Shown one piece after another: positions 61,750 through 64,000 of a DNA stretch of 64,000 nt. The notes under the pieces were generated by a model. That model was not told the DNA's origin, did not search any database, and saw only the letters and a list, made by a program, of their open reading frames with translations. The stretch spans positions 1 to 64,000 of the forward strand of contig CAIIXF020000001.1 of the NCBI GenBank assembly GCA_903813345.2, written 5' to 3'. Made by a program: the position numbers and the translations under genes. How positions within the stretch are numbered: position 1 is the first letter of the stretch; every line of letters begins with the position of its first letter. The DNA is from Owenia fusiformis (Eukaryota).

Positions 61750-63504
61750 CAGTGCCGTAGCCAGGATTTCAATTCAATTCAATTTCAAAATAATTTATTT
61801 CAGTTTTCATTACAAAAATTACAACATTATACAGGCTATGACACCCCAGGGGGTGTATGACTGCCCATAATTAAATTTACAATAAACATGATAAACTGTG
61901 AACATTTAAAGTGGTACATAGGTCAATACAATAATATAATATAAATACAATATACAAATACAATAATATGAGACAATAAAGAAATGAAATAGATGTTTTG
62001 GTTACTCTGTACTCAGGAGGTCAATTTTCAAACGAGATATGAGTGAATTTAATGGTTTATTTCTAATATCTTCATTGAGGGAATTCCATATATATGAACC
62101 ATGGACCTTAATAGAATTTTCACCAATTCTGGTTCTATGTTTAGGAATATCTAAGTTATGACCAAATCGAGTTTTACGTTGATGTATGTTTTCTCTAGTT
62201 TTGAAATAGTGATCGTATAATTTTGAAGGGAACTGTACAGATTTGCTTATAACTTTTTTCATGAATGAAACAGTTTGGATTGTGTGAATATGATAAATAT
62301 TAAGTATTTTAAGATCTTGAAAAATTGGGAATGTGTGAGCTAATCTATCTGAATTTGTTATTAATCTAACAAATTTCTTTTGCAATATCAGTAGTTTATT
62401 TAATAGATTCTTACAAGCATTTCCCCATAAAATATTACAGTAATTAAGATGAGAAAAAATCAGAGAGTTATATATTATCATCTTTGAATTTAAAGTATGA
62501 GCATAATTTGTTCGATATAACATTCCTATAACATTTGAAACTTTTCTATGAAGAGCATTGATATGGGGAGCCCAAGATAATTTTGAATCAATAATTACTC
62601 CCAGGAATCCTATCTCATCTACTTTTTCAAGGTTGACAGGAGGGGGCAACATTTTTTTGAAGCCACCTAACGGTGAATTTGATAAAAACGTTTTCAAATT
62701 TGCTTTATCTCTGCATTATTTTGTTTAAATGTTGGCAAGTTTGCTTAAACTTCGCCAAATTTGCTTAAATTTTGCCAAATTTGCTTAATTTTGGTCTATT
62801 TTACTAACTTTTGCCAGTTTGCTGGAATTTAAAGTTTTACCTTTGCCTTAAACAATTGCAAGAGAAAAATCATAAGACAAGTGAAATGTTCCAATTTTTG
62901 ACCAATTTCGTTCATTTGGAACTTTTTTCAACAAAGGCCTGTTAAAATCCCTTTGAATTTTATGTTTTTACCACTTTCTGGATAGGTCAGAAAAATAAAT
63001 CCAAAATAAATAGCTCAAGGACTTTATCAGACATAGACTCCCCCAATTTAATTCAAGCATAGGTCTTGTAATTCATTTAGTATTTTCCATTACTTGCACG
63101 ATGTGCTCTTCAAAATAAATATAAATAGAAGGCAAAAAATTTGGCAAAAGCGTGAGTTCCAATGAAAGAAAACAATTTTGAAAGTGACTCCTGACCAAAA
63201 ATAGAGTTTTTTAGCATTCAGAACGTTGGTGCATCACATGCATTGCATCACTGAACTTTCACATGTTCAAAATTCTCTAATTTATGTCATAAATTAGGGA
63301 CTTATTTCCATCTTTGCATATACCTCGAATCTCTAAGGTAATCAAAAAAAGATAAATTACTGAAAAACTGCAAAATATTAACTCAAAATTTGAGGGGTTC
63401 GCATAATTGGCGGAAAAGGTGGGTTCGAATTTATTTAGACAGAATTTTGGGTGGGGGGGGGGGGTTCGCAGGAACCCTCCGAACCCCCTCTCCCTACAGC
63501 CCTG
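61750..63504. mobile_element. hAT-like non-autonomous element hosting the L2 insertion
   Basis: TIR CAGTGCCGTAG / CTACAGCCCTG (9 of 11 match); 5-bp TSD AAAAT; its copy in block A is cut at 51558. Confidence 0.6.
61770..62632 (-). mobile_element. 5'-truncated L2-clade (Crack/Daphne-like) LINE
   Basis: Open frame FLGVIIDSKLSWAPHI...HLNYCNILWG...LQKKFVRLI...GSYIWNSL to stop at 62002; (ATTGA)n tail; empty site at 50888-50893 in copy A. Confidence 0.88.
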
Positions 63505-64000
63505 AAAATACACCAGCTTTTAGATTAAGAATGGAGCATAGATTATCATCAAATATTAATACAATCTTTTTTACAAAATTAAATGTAGAGCCTTAAAGTT
63601 CCAACAGTTCATAGAATCATGGCCCTGATAATAAATTGACCTGATCCAGAAGAATTTTATTTTGAAAAGGTGTGGGGAAATTGGTTGACCAAAAGCCAAG
63701 AAGATGCACTGATGTCCGCCACTAGAATTTTAAGATTGTACGAACAAAGAAAACTAAAATAAAGTTGTCTTACAAGTGATATTATGTTAATGTTTATATT
63801 TCAATGGCTTATGAAGAGGTATACTGTTGTCAATGTTTTTTAGGTATTCGCTCGGGGCAAAGGACGATTCTCGGTTTGGAGAACAGTCTCCTGGGCTAAT
63901 AATTTTTTTCATGAAAAATATAGAAATATTACCCAAATTAAACTATGAATATTCAAAAGAGGACATTTAAATCTACAAGATGTAAAAAAACAAATTGGTC

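Larger units (their letters stand above)
47056..63301. repeat. Tandem segmental duplication: copy A 47056-51558, copy B 51919-63301
   Basis: Colinear near-identical blocks: 47056-49300 with 51919-54308, 49980-50785 with 56079-56889, 50799-51558 with 61676-63301 (minus the LINE insertion). Confidence 0.9.

Noticed and set aside
62633-62697. N-terminal part of the 231-aa ORF 62002-62697
   Set aside because: It lies in the host element outside the LINE insertion; a chance read-through, not a real start.
45170-64000. Next RERE exon (SANT, KRFxKGLRQYGKNFF-like)
   Set aside because: No matching spliceable segment found by eye; it probably lies beyond the window, though a short exon could have been missed.

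Overview
AT-rich invertebrate animal genomic DNA. The window holds the 5' part of a plus-strand RERE/atrophin-family gene: eight coding exons between 5806 and 45169 (344 codons, joined in frame by hand) encoding the BAH and ELM2 domains and the start of the SANT domain. The gene continues past the window. Its introns are filled with nested non-autonomous DNA transposons, Helentron-type elements carrying internal tandem repeats, a solo LTR, LINE 3' fragments, several minisatellite arrays and a diverged tandem segmental duplication. Three things stand out. (1) A ~105-bp tandem array made of 11 broken copies of the exon-4 acceptor plus the first ~60 coding nt sits directly in front of the real exon. 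(2) A very young RT-less Gmr1-like LTR element inserted into a 35-bp satellite has an abnormal end (LTR + 10 nt of PBS region + inverted 56-bp U3 tip), giving it terminal inverted repeats bounded by a TATG target duplication. (3) Inverted copies of one MITE closely bracket the frame-neutral exon 6-8 block, a back-splicing or skipping candidate. All family assignments come from reading motifs by eye; no searches were run.
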